This document shows, in pieces, positions 14,195 through 28,900 of a stretch of 64,000 nucleotides of DNA; position 1 is the first letter of the stretch, and each line of letters opens with the position of its first letter. Source of the DNA: Eledone cirrhosa (lineage: Eukaryota). Made by a program: the position numbers and the translations under genes. The notes under the pieces are model-generated. The model saw only the letters and a list, made by a program, of their open reading frames with translations, was not told the DNA's origin and searched no databases. The stretch is from the NCBI GenBank assembly GCA_964016885.1, contig OZ024755.1, positions 44,888,001-44,952,000 of the forward strand, in the 5' to 3' direction.

Positions 14195-17100
14195 ACTGTG
14201 TACCACAGTTGACAGTACCAACATATACTGGGTACCACAGTTGAAAATACCATCATATACTGTGTACCACAGTTGACACTACCAGCATAAACTGTGTACC
14301 AGAGTTGACAGTACCAACATATACTGTGTACCACAGTTGAAAGTACCAACGTATACTGTGTACCACAGTTGACAGTACCAACATATACTGTGTACCACAG
14401 TTGACAGTACCAACATATACTGTGTACCACAGTTGACAGTAGCAACGTATACTGTGTACCACATTTGACAGTACCAACATGCACTGTGTACCACAGTTGA
14501 CAGTACCAACATATAGTGTGTACCACAGTTGGCAGTACCAACATATAATGGGTGCCACTGTTCACAGTACCAACATATACTGTGTACCACAGTCGACAAT
14601 ACCAACGTATACTGTGTACCACAGTTGACAGTACCAACATATACTGTGTACCACAGTTGACAGTACCAACGTATACTGTGTAACACAGTTGACAATACCA
14701 TCATATATGGTGTACCACAGTTGACAGTACCAACATATACTGTGTACCACAGTTGACAGTACCATCATATACTGTGTACCAGAGTTGACAGTACTAACAT
14801 ATACTGTGTACCAGAGTTGACAATACCAACATATACTGTGTACCAGAGTTGACAGTACTAACATATACTGTGTACCAGAGTTGACAGTACCAACATATAT
14901 TGGATACCACAGTTGACAGTACCAACATATACTGTGTACCACTGTTGACAGTACCAACGTATACTGTATACCACAGTTAACAGTACCAACATATACTGTG
15001 TACCACAGTTGACAGTACCAACGTATACAGTGTACCACTGATGACAGTACCAACATATACAGTATAACACAGTTGACAGTACCAACATATACTGTGTACC
15101 ACAGTTGACAGTACCAACATATACTGTGTACCATAGTTGACAGTACCAACGTATACTGTGTACCACAGTTGACAGTACCAACATATACTGTGTACCATAG
15201 TTGACAGAACCAACGTATACTGTGTACCATAGTTGACAGTACCAACATATACCGTGTACCACAGTTGACAGTACCAACATATATAGTGTACCAGAGTTGA
15301 TAGTACCAACATATACAGTGTACCACTGTTGACATTACCATCATATACTGTGTACCACAGTTGATAGTACCAACGTATACTGTGTACCACAGTTGACAGT
15401 ACCAACTTATACTGTGTACCACAGTTGACAGTACTAATATATACTGTGTACCAAAGTTGAGAGTACCAACATATACTGTGTACCACAGTTGACAGTACTA
15501 ACATATACTGTTTATACAACAGTTGACATTATCCACGTATGTGTACCACAGTTGACAGTATCAACGTATATCTGTACCACATATTGACAGTACCAACATA
15601 TACTGTGTACCACAGTTGACAGTACCAACGTATACTGTGTACCACAGTTGACAGTACCAACGTATACTGTGTACCACAGTTGACAGTACCAACATATACT
15701 GTGTACCACAGTTGACAGTACCAATGTATACTGTGTACCACAGTTGACATTACCAAGGTATACTGTGTACAAACAGTGGACAGTACCAATATATATGTGT
15801 ACAACATATTGACAGTACCAACATATACTGTGTACCACAGTTGACAGTACCAACATATACTGTGTACCACAGTTGACAGTACCAACGTATACTGTGTACC
15901 ACAGTTGACAGTACCAACATATACTGTGTACCACAGTTGACAGTACCAACATATACTGTGTACCACAGTTGGCAGTACCAACATATACTGTGTACCACAG
16001 TTGACAGTACCAACATATACTGTGTACCAGAGTTGACAGTACCAACATATATTATGTACCACAGTTGACAGTACCAACATATACTGGGTGCCACTGTTCA
16101 CAGTGCCAACATATACTGTTTACCACAGTTGACAATACCAACGTATTCTGTGTACCACAGTTGACAATACCATCATATAGGGTGTACCACAGTTGACAGT
16201 ACCAACATATACTGTGTACCACATTTGACAGTACCATCATATACTGACTACCACAGTTGAGAGTACCAACGTATAATGTGTACCAGAGTTAACAGTACCA
16301 ACATATACTGTGTACCACTGTTGACAGTACCAACATATACTGTGTACCATAGTTGTCAGTACCAACATATACTGTGTACCACAGTTGACAGTAACAACAT
16401 ATACTGTGTACCATAGTTGACAGTACCAACGTATACTGTGTACCACAGTTGACAGTACCAAGATATACCGTGTACCACAGTTGACAGTACCAACATATAC
16501 TGTGTACCAGATTTGAGAGTACCAACATATACTGTGTACCACTGTTGACAGTACCAACATATACAGTGTACCAGATTTGACAGTACTAATATATAATGTG
16601 TACCACAGTTGACAGTCCCAACGTATACTGTGTACCACAGTTGACAGTACCAACGTATACTGTGTACCACAGTTGACAGTACCAACATATACTGTGTACC
16701 ACAGTTGGCAGTACCAACATATACTGTGTACCACATTTGACAGTACCAACATATACAGTGTACCACAGTTGACAGTACCAACATATATTGTGTACCACAG
16801 TTGACAGTACTAACGTATACTGTGTACCACAGTTGACAATACCAACATATACTGTGTACCACAGTTGACAGTACCATCATCTACTGTGTACCACAGTTGA
16901 CAGTACCAACATATACTGTGTACCACAGTTGACAGTTCCAACGTATACTGTGTACCACAGTTGACAGTACCAACATATACTGAGTACCACAGTTGACAGT
17001 ACCAACATATACTGTGTACCACAGTTGGCAGTACCAACATATACTGTGTACCAGATTTGACAGTACCAACATATACAGTGTACCACAGTTGACAATACCA

Positions 17101-20100
17101 ACATATACTGTGTACCACAGTTGACAGTACCAACATATACTGTGTACCATAGTTGACAGTACCAACGTATACTGCGTACCACAGTTGACAGTAGCAACGT
17201 ATACTGTGTACCACATTTGACAGTACCAACATGCACTGTGTACCACAGTTGACAGTACCAACATATAGTGTGTACCACAGTTGGCAGTACCAACATATAA
17301 TGGGTGCCACTGTTCACAGTACCAACATATACTGTGTACCACAGTCGACAATACCAACGTATACTGTGTACCACAGTTGACAGTACCAACATATACTGTG
17401 TACCACAGTTGACAGTACCAACGTATACTGTGTAACACAGATGACAATACCATCATATAGGGTGTACCACAGTTGACAGTACCAACATATACTGTGTACC
17501 ACAGTTGACAGTACCATCATATACTGTGTACCAGATTGACAGTACTAACATATACTGTGTACCAGAGTTGACAGTACCAACATATACTGTGTACCAGAGT
17601 TGACAGTACTAACATATACTGTGTACCAGAGTTGACAGTACCAACATATATTGGATACCACAGTTGACAGTACCAACATATACTGTGTACCACTGTTGAC
17701 AGTACCAACGTATACTGTATACCACATTTAACAGTACCAACATATACTGTGTATCACAGTTGATAGTACCAACGTATACAGTATACCACTGATGACAGAA
17801 CCAACATATACAGTATAACACAGTTGACAGTACCAACATATACTGTGTACCACAGTTGACAGTACCAACATATACTGTGTACCATAGTTGACAGTACCAA
17901 CGTATACTGTGTACCACAGTTGACAGTACCAACATATACTGTGTACCTTAGTTGACAGAACCAACGTATACTGTGTACCATAGTTGACAGTACCAACATA
18001 TACCGTGTACCACAGTTGACAGTACCAACATATATAGTGTACCAGAGTTGATAGTACCAACATATACAGTGTACCACTGTTGACATTACCATCATATACT
18101 GTGTACCACAGTTGATAGTACCAACGTATACTGTGTACCACAGTTGACAGTACCAACTTATACTGTGTACCACAGTTGACAGTACTAATATATACTGTGT
18201 ACCAAAGTTGAGAGTACCAACATATACTGTGTACCACAGTTGACAGTACTAACATATACTGTGTACAACAGTTGACAGTATCCACGTATGTGTACCACAG
18301 TTGACAGTATCAACGTATATCTGTACCACATATTGACAGTACCAACATATACTGTGTACCACAGTTGACAGTACCAACGTATACTGTGTACCACAGTTGA
18401 CAGTACCAACGTATACTGTGTACCACAGTTGACAGTACCAACATATACTGTGTACCACAGTTGACAGTACCAATGGATACTGTGTACCACAGTTGACATT
18501 ACCAAGGTATACTGTGTACAAACAGTGGACAGTACCAATATATATGTGTACAACATATTGACAGTACCAACATATACTGTGTACCACAGTTGACAGTACC
18601 AACATATACTGTGTACCACAGTTGACAGTACCAACATATACTGTGTACCACAGTTGACAGTACCAACGTATACTGTGTACCACAGTTGACAGTACCAACA
18701 TATACTGGGTACCACAGTTGAAAATACCATCATATACTGTGTACCACAGTTGACACTACCAGCATAAACTGTGTACCAGAGTTGACAGTACCAACATATA
18801 CTGTGTACCACAGTTGAAAGTACCAACGTATACTGTGTACCACAGTTGACAGTACCAACATATACTGTGTACCACAGTTGACAGTACCAACATATACTGT
18901 GTACCACAGTTGACAGTAGCAACGTATACTGTGTACCACATTTGACAGTACCAACATGCACTGTGTACCACAGTTGACAGTACCAACATATAGTGTGTAC
19001 CACAGTTGGCAGTACCAACATATAATGGGTGCCACTGTTCACAGTACCAACATATACTGTGTACCACAGTCGACAATACCAACGTATACTGTGTACCACA
19101 GTTGACAGTACCAACATATACTGTGTACCACAGTTGACAGTACCAACGTATACTGTGTAACACAGTTGACAATACCATCATATATGGTGTACCACAGTTG
19201 ACAGTACCAACATATACTGTGTACCACAGTTGACAGTACCATCATATACTGTGTACCAGAGTTGACAGTACTAACATATACTGTGTACCAGAGTTGACAA
19301 TACCAACATATACTGTGTACCAGAGTTGACAGTACTAACATATACTGTGTACCAGAGTTGACAGTACCAACATATATTGGATACCACAGTTGACAGTACC
19401 AACATATACTGTGTACCACTGTTGACAGTACCAACGTATACTGTATACCACAGTTAACAGTACCAACATATACTGTGTACCACAGTTGACAGTACCAACG
19501 TATACAGTGTACCACTGATGACAGTACCAACATATACAGTATAACACAGTTGACAGTACCAACATATACTGTGTACCACAGTTGACAGTACCAACATATA
19601 CTGTGTACCATAGTTGACAGTACCAACGTATACTGTGTACCACAGTTGACAGTACCAACATATACTGTGTACCATAGTTGACAGAACCAACGTATACTGT
19701 GTACCATAGTTGACAGTACCAACATATACCGTGTACCACAGTTGACAGTACCAACATATATAGTGTACCAGAGTTGATAGTACCAACATATACAGTGTAC
19801 CACTGTTGACATTACCATCATATACTGTGTACCACAGTTGATAGTACCAACGTATACTGTGTACCACAGTTGACAGTACCAACTTATACTGTGTACCACA
19901 GTTGACAGTACTAATATATACTGTGTACCAAAGTTGAGAGTACCAACATATACTGTGTACCACAGTTGACAGTACTAACATATACTGTTTATACAACAGT
20001 TGACAGTATCCACGTATGTGTACCACAGTTGACAGTATCAACGTATATCTGTACCACATATTGACAGTACCAACATATACTGTGTACCACAGTTGACAGT

Positions 20101-23100
20101 ACCAACGTATACTGTGTACCACAGTTGACAGTACCAACGTATACTGTGTACCACAGTTGACAGTACCAACATATACTGTGTACCACAGTTGACAGTACCA
20201 ATGTATACTGTGTACCACAGTTGACATTACCAAGGTATACTGTGTACAAACAGTGGACAGTACCAATATATATGTGTACAACATATTGACAGTACCAACA
20301 TATACTGTGTACCACAGTTGACAGTACCAACATATACTGTGTACCACAGTTGACAGTACCAACGTATACTGTGTACCACAGTTGACAGTACCAACATATA
20401 CTGTGTACCACAGTTGACAGTACCAACATATACTGTGTACCACAGTTGGCAGTACCAACATATACTGTGTACCACAGTTGACAGTACCAACATATACTGT
20501 GTACCAGAGTTGACAGTACCAACATATATTATGTACCACAGTTGACAGTACCAACATATACTGGGTGCCACTGTTCACAGTGCCAACATATACTGTTTAC
20601 CACAGTTGACAATACCAACGTATTCTGTGTACCACAGTTGACAATACCATCATATAGGGTGTACCACAGTTGACAGTACCAACATATACTGTGTACCACA
20701 TTTGACAGTACCATCATATACTGACTACCACAGTTGAGAGTACCAACGTATAATGTGTACCAGAGTTAACACTACCAACATATACTGTGTACCACTGTTG
20801 ACAGTACCAACATATACTGTGTACCATAGTTGTCAGTACCAACATATACTGTGTACCACAGTTGACAGTAACAACATATACTGTGTACCATAGTTGACAG
20901 TACCAACGTATACTGTGTACCACAGTTGACAGTACCAAGATATACCGTGTACCACAGTTGACAGTACCAACATATACTGTGTACCAGATTTGAGAGTACC
21001 AACATATACTGTGTACCACTGTTGACAGTACCAACATATACAGTGTACCAGATTTGACAGTACTAATATATAATGTGTACCACAGTTGACAGTCCCAACG
21101 TATACTGTGTACCACAGTTGACAGTACCAACGTATACTGTGTACCACAGTTGACAGTACCAACATATACTGTGTACCACAGTTGGCAGTACCAACATATA
21201 CTGTGTACCACATTTGACAGTACCAACATATACAGTGTACCACAGTTGACAGTACCAACATATATTGTGTACCACAGTTGACAGTACTAACGTATACTGT
21301 GTACCACAGTTGACAATACCAACATATACTGTGTACCACAGTTGACAGTACCATCATCTACTGTGTACCACAGTTGACAGTACCAACATATACTGTGTAC
21401 CACAGTTGACAGTTCCAACGTATACTGTGTACCACAGTTGACAGTACCAACATATACTGAGTACCACAGTTGACAGTACCAACATATACTGTGTACCACA
21501 GTTGGCAGTACCAACATATACTGTGTACCAGATTTGACAGTACCAACATATACAGTGTACCACAGTTGACAATACCAACATATACTGTGTACCACAGTTG
21601 ACAGTACCAACATATACTGTGTACCATAGTTGACAGTACCAACGTATACTGCGTACCACAGTTGACAGTAGCAACGTATACTGTGTACCACATTTGACAG
21701 TACCAACATGCACTGTGTACCACAGTTGACAGTACCAACATATAGTGTGTACCACAGTTGGCAGTACCAACATATAATGGGTGCCACTGTTCACAGTACC
21801 AACATATACTGTGTACCACAGTCGACAATACCAACGTATACTGTGTACCACAGTTGACAGTACCAACATATACTGTGTACCACAGTTGACAGTACCAACG
21901 TATACTGTGTAACACAGATGACAATACCATCATATAGGGTGTACCACAGTTGACAGTACCAACATATACTGTGTACCACAGTTGACAGTACCATCATATA
22001 CTGTGTACCAGATTGACAGTACTAACATATACTGTGTACCAGAGTTGACAGTACCAACATATACTGTGTACCAGAGTTGACAGTACTAACATATACTGTG
22101 TACCAGAGTTGACAGTACCAACATATATTGGATACCACAGTTGACAGTACCAACATATACTGTGTACCACTGTTGACAGTACCAACGTATACTGTATACC
22201 ACATTTAACAGTACCAACATATACTGTGTATCACAGTTGATAGTACCAACGTATACAGTATACCACTGATGACAGAACCAACATATACAGTATAACACAG
22301 TTGACAGTACCAACATATACTGTGTACCACAGTTGACAGTACCAACATATACTGTGTACCATAGTTGACAGTACCAACGTATACTGTGTACCACAGTTGA
22401 CAGTACCAACATATACTGTGTACCTTAGTTGACAGAACCAACGTATACTGTGTACCATAGTTGACAGTACCAACATATACCGTGTACCACAGTTGACAGT
22501 ACCAACATATATAGTGTACCAGAGTTGATAGTACCAACATATACAGTGTACCACTGTTGACATTACCATCATATACTGTGTACCACAGTTGATAGTACCA
22601 ACGTATACTGTGTACCACAGTTGACAGTACCAACTTATACTGTGTACCACAGTTGACAGTACTAATATATACTGTGTACCAAAGTTGAGAGTACCAACAT
22701 ATACTGTGTACCACAGTTGACAGTACTAACATATACTGTGTACAACAGTTGACAGTATCCACGTATGTGTACCACAGTTGACAGTATCAACGTATATCTG
22801 TACCACATATTGACAGTACCAACATATACTGTGTACCACAGTTGACAGTACCAACGTATACTGTGTACCACAGTTGACAGTACCAACGTATACTGTGTAC
22901 CACAGTTGACAGTACCAACATATACTGTGTACCACAGTTGACAGTACCAATGTATACTGTGTACCACAGTTGACATTACCAAGGTATACTGTGTACAAAC
23001 AGTGGACAGTACCAATATATATGTGTACAACATATTGACAGTACCAACATATACTGTGTACCACAGTTGACAGTACCAACATATACTGTGTACCACAGTT

Positions 23101-23180
23101 GACAGTACCAACATATACTGTGTACCACAGTTGACAGTACCAACGTATACTGTGTACCACAGTTGACAGTACCAACATAT
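14195..23180. repeat. Near-perfect tandem duplication, 2 x 4477 bp
   Basis: Constant offset of 4477 for ORFs 14253/18730, 14562/19039, 16052/20529, 16881/21358 and 17728/22205. I noticed only a few substitutions (near 15529, 18476 and 20772). Confidence 0.92.
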
Positions 23181-23369
23181 ACTGTGTACCACAGTTGACA
23201 GTACCAACATATACTGTGTACCACAGTTGGCAGTACCAACATATACTGTGTACCACAGTTGAGAGTACCAACATATACTGTGTACCACAGTTGACAGTAC
23301 CAACATATATATATACCACAGTTGACAGTACCAACATATACTGGGTGCCACTGTTCACAGTACCAACAT

Positions 23370-25960
23370 ATACTGTGTACCACAGTTGACAATACCAACG
23401 TATTCTGTGTACCACAGTTGACAATACCATCATATAGGGTGTACCACAGTTGACAGTACCAACATATACTGTGTACCACATTTGACAGTACCATCATATA
23501 CTGACTACCACAGTTGAGAGTACCAACGTATAATGTGTACCAGAGTTAACAGTACCAACATATACTGTGTACCACTGTTGACAGTACCAACATATACTGT
23601 GTACCAGAGTTGACAGTACCAACATATTCTGTGTACCACAGTTGACAGTACCAACATATACTGTGTATCACAGTTGACAGTACTGACATATACTGTGTAC
23701 CAGAGTTGACAGTACTGACATATACTGTGTACCAGAGTTGACAGTACCAACATATACTGTGTACCACAGTTGACAGTACCAACGTATACTGTGTACCAAT
23801 GTTGACAGTACCAACGTATACTGTGGACCACAGTTAACAGTACCAACATATACTGTGTACCACAGTTGACAGTACCAACGTATACTGTGTACCACTGTTG
23901 ACAGTACCAACATATACAGTGTACCACAGTTGACAGTACCAACATATACTGTGTACCACAGTTGACAGTACCAACATAAACTGTGTACCATAGTTGTCAG
24001 TACCAACATATACTGTGTACCACAGTTGACAGTAACAACATATACTGTGTACCATAGTTGACAGTACCAACGTATACTGTGTACCACAGTTGACAGTACC
24101 AACATATACCGTGTACCACAGTTGACAGTACCAACATATACTGTGTACCAGATTTGACAGTACCAACATATACTGTGTACCACTGTTGACAGTACCAACA
24201 TATACAGTGTACCAGAGTTGACAGTACTAATATATAATGTGTACCACAGTTGACAGTACAAACATATACTGTGTACCACAGTTGACAGTACTAACATATA
24301 CTGTGTACCACAGTTGACAGTATCCACGTATATGTGTACCACATATTGACAGTACCAACATATACTGTGTACCACAGTTGAGAGTACCAACGTATACTGT
24401 GTACCACAGTTGACAGTACCAACGTATACTGTGTACGACAGTTGACAGTACCAACATATACTGTGTACCACAGTTGACAGTACCAACGTATACTGTGTAC
24501 CAAAGTTGACAGTATCAACGTATATGTGTACTACATATTGACAGTACCAACATATACTGTGTACCACAGTTGACAGTACCAACGTATACTGTGTACCACA
24601 GTTGACAGTACCAACGTATACTGTGTACCACAGTTGACAGTACCAACATATACTGTGTACCAAAGTTGACAGTATCAACGTATATGTGTACTACATATTG
24701 ACAGTACCAACATATACTGTGTACCACAGTTGACAATACCAACGTATTCTGTGTACCACAGTTGACAATACCATCATATAGGGTGTACCACAGTTGACAG
24801 TACCAACATATACTGTGTACCACATTTGACAGTACCATCATATACTGACTACCACAGTTGAGAGTACCAACGTATAATGCGTACCAGAGTTAACAGTACC
24901 AACATATACTGTGTACCACTGTTGACAGTACCAACATATACTGTGTACCAGAGTTGACAGTACCAACATATTCTGTGTACCACAGTTGACAGTACCAACA
25001 TATACTGTGTATCACAGTTGACAGTACTGACATATACTGTGTACCAGAGTTGACAGTACTGACATATACTGTGTACCAGAGTTGACAGTACCAACATATA
25101 CTGTGTACCACAGTTGACAGTACCAACGTATACTGTGTACCAATGTTGACAGTACCAACGTATACTGTGGACCACAGTTAACAGTACCAACATATACTGT
25201 GTACCACAGTTGACAGTACCAACGTATACTGTGTACTACTGTTGACAGTACCAACATATACAGTGTACCACAGTTGACAGTACCAACATATACTGTGTAC
25301 CATAGTTGTCAGTACCAACATATACTGTGTACCACAGTTGACAGTAACAACATATACTGTGTACCATAGTTGACAGTACCAACGTATACTGTGTACCACA
25401 GTTGACAGTACCAACATATACCGTGTACCACAGTTGACAGTACCAACATATACTGTGTACCAGATTTGACAGTACCAACATATACTGTGTACCACTGTTG
25501 ACAGTACCAACATATACAGTGTACCAGAGTTGACAGTACTAATATATAATGTGTACCACAGTTGACAGTACAAACATATACTGTGTACCACAGTTGACAG
25601 TACTAACATATACTGTGTACCACAGTTGACAGTATCCACGTATATGTGTACCACATATTGACAGTACCAACATATACTGTGTACCACAGTTGAGAGTACC
25701 AACGTATACTGTGTACCACAGTTGACAGTACCAACGTATACTGTGTACGACAGTTGACAGTACCAACATATACTGTGTACCACAGTTGACAGTACCAACG
25801 TATACTGTGTACCAAAGTTGACAGTATCAACGTATATGTGTACTACATATTGACAGTACCAACATATACTGTGTACCACAGTTGACAGTACCAACGTATA
25901 CTGTGTACCACAGTTGACAGTACCAACGTATACTGTGTACCACAGTTGACAGTACCAACA
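23370..25960. repeat. Tandem duplication of 1344 bp (42 monomers), containing a 160-bp (5-monomer) duplication at about 24490-24710
   Basis: ORFs 23505/24849 and 23546/24890 (offset 1344), then 24227/25539 (offset 1312, after loss of one monomer). caaagttgacagtatcaacgtatatgtgtactacatattg occurs at 24501 and 24661. The same arrangement recurs at 39058/40403. Confidence 0.85.
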
Positions 25961-28900
25961 TATACTGTGTACCTCAGTTGACAGTACCAACATATACTGT
26001 GTACCTCAGTTGACAGTACTAACAGATACTGTGTACCAAATTTGACAGTACCAACATATACTGTGTACCTCAGTTGACAGTATCAACATATAATGTGTAC
26101 CACATTTGACAGTAACAACATATACTGTGAACCACAGTTTAGAGTACCAACATATACTGTGTATCACAGTTGACAGTACCAACATATACCGTATACCACA
26201 GTTGAGAGTACCTACATATACTGTGTACCAAAGTTGACAGTACCAACATATACTGTGTACCACAGTTGACAGTACCAACGTATACTGTGTACCACAGTTG
26301 ACAGTACCAACATATACTGTGTACCACAGTTGACAGTACTAACATATACTGTGTACCATAGTTGACAGTACCAACGTATACTGTGTACCATAGTTGACAG
26401 TACCAACATATACTGTGTACCACAGTTGACAGTACCAACATATACTGTGTACCATAGTTGACAGTACCAACGTATACTGTGTACCACAGTTGACAGTACC
26501 AACATATACTGTGTACCAGAGTTGACAGTACCAACATATACTGTGTACCACAGTTGACAGTACCAACATATACAGTGTACCACAGTTGACAGTACCAACG
26601 TATACTGTGTACCACAGTTGACAGTACCAACATATAATGTGTACCACCGTTGACAGTACCAACATATACTGTGTATCACAGTTGCCAGTACCAACATATA
26701 CCTTGTTACCACAGTTGAGAGTACCAACATATACTGTGTACCACAGTTGACAGTACCAACATATAATGTGTACCACTGTTGACAGTACCAACGTATACTG
26801 TGTACCACATTTAACAGTTCCAACATATACTGTGTACCACAGTTATCAGTACCAACGTACACTGTGTACCACTGTTGACAGTACCAACATATACAGTGTA
26901 CCACAGTTGACAGTACCAACATATATACTGTGTACCACAGTTAACAGTACCAACATATACCGTGTACCACAGTTGACAGTACCAACATATACTGTGTACC
27001 ACAGTTTAAAGTACCAACGTATACTGTGTACCACAGTTGACAGTATCAACATATACTGTGTACCACAGTTGACAGTACCAACATATACTGTGTACGACAG
27101 TTGACAGTCCCAACGTATACTGTGTACCACAGTTGACAGTACCAACATATACTGTGTACCACAGTTGACAGTACCAACATATACTGTGTACCACAGTTGG
27201 CAGTACCAACATATACTGTGTACCACATTTGACAGTACCAACATATACAGTGTACCACAGTTGACAGTACCAACATATATTGTGTACCACAGTTGACAGT
27301 ACTAACGTATACTGTGTACCACAGTTGACAATACCAACATGTACTGTGTACCACAATTGACAGTACCATCATATACTGTGTACCACAGTTGACAGTACCA
27401 ACATATACTGTGTACCACAGTTGACAGTACCAACGTATACTGTGTACCACAGTTGACAGTACCAACATATACTGTGTATCACTGTTGACAGTACCAACAT
27501 ATACTGTGTACCACAGTTGGCAGTACCAACATATACTGTGTACCAGATTTGACTGTACCAACATATACAGTGTACCACAGTTGACAATACCAACATATAC
27601 TGTGTACCACAGTTGACAGTACCAACATATACTGTGTAACATAGTTGACAGTACCAACGTATACTGCGTACCACAGTTGACAGTACCAACATATACTGTG
27701 TACCACAGTTGACAGTACCAACATATACTGTGTACCATAGTTGACAGTATCAACGTATATGTGTACCACTGTTGTCAGTACTAACATATGCCGTGTACCA
27801 CAGTTGACAGTACCAACATATACTGTGTACCACAGTTGACAGTACCGACATATCCTGTGTACCTCAGTTGACAGTACCAACATATACTGTGTACCACATT
27901 TCATGGTACCAACATATACTGTGTACCACAGTTGACAGTACCAACGTATACTGTGTACCACAGTTGACAGTACCAACATATACTGTGTCCCACAGTTGAC
28001 AGTACCAACATATAGTGTGTACCACAGTTGACAATACTAACATATACTGTGTACCACAGTTGACAGTACCAATATATTCTGTGTACCACAGTTGACAGTA
28101 CCATCATATACTGTGTACCACAGTTGACAGTACTAACTGATACTGTGTACCAGAGTTGACAGTACCAACACATACTGTGTAGCACAGTTGACAGTACCCA
28201 CATATACTGGGTACCACAGTTGACAGTACCCACGTATACTGTGTACCACAGTTGACAGTACCAACATATAATATGTACCACAGTTGAAAGTACCAACGTA
28301 TACTGTGTACCACTGTTGACAGAACCAACATATACTGTGTACCACAGTTGACAGAACCAACATATACTGTGTACCACAGTTGATAGTACCAACATATAAC
28401 GTGTACCACAGTTGAGAGTACCAACATATAATGTGTACGACAGTTGACAGTACCAACATATATTGTGTACCACTGTTGACAGTACCAAAGTATACTGTGT
28501 ACCACATTTAACAGTACCAACATATAATGTGTACCACAGTTGACAGTACCAACGTATACTGTGTACCACTGTTGACAGTACCAACGTATATTGTGTACCA
28601 CAGTTGACGGTACCAACATATACTGTGTAACATAGTTGACAGTACCAACGTATACTGTGTACCACATTTGACAGTACCAACATATACCGTGTACCACAGT
28701 TGATAGTACCAATACATACTGTGTACCATAGTTGAGAGTACCAACATATACTGTGTACCATAGTTGACAGTACCAACGTATACTCTGTACCACATTTGAG
28801 AGTACCAACATATACCGTGTACCACAGTTGAGCGTACCAATATATACTGTGTTCCACAGTTGACAGTACCAACATATACTGTGTACCCCAGTTGAAAGTA

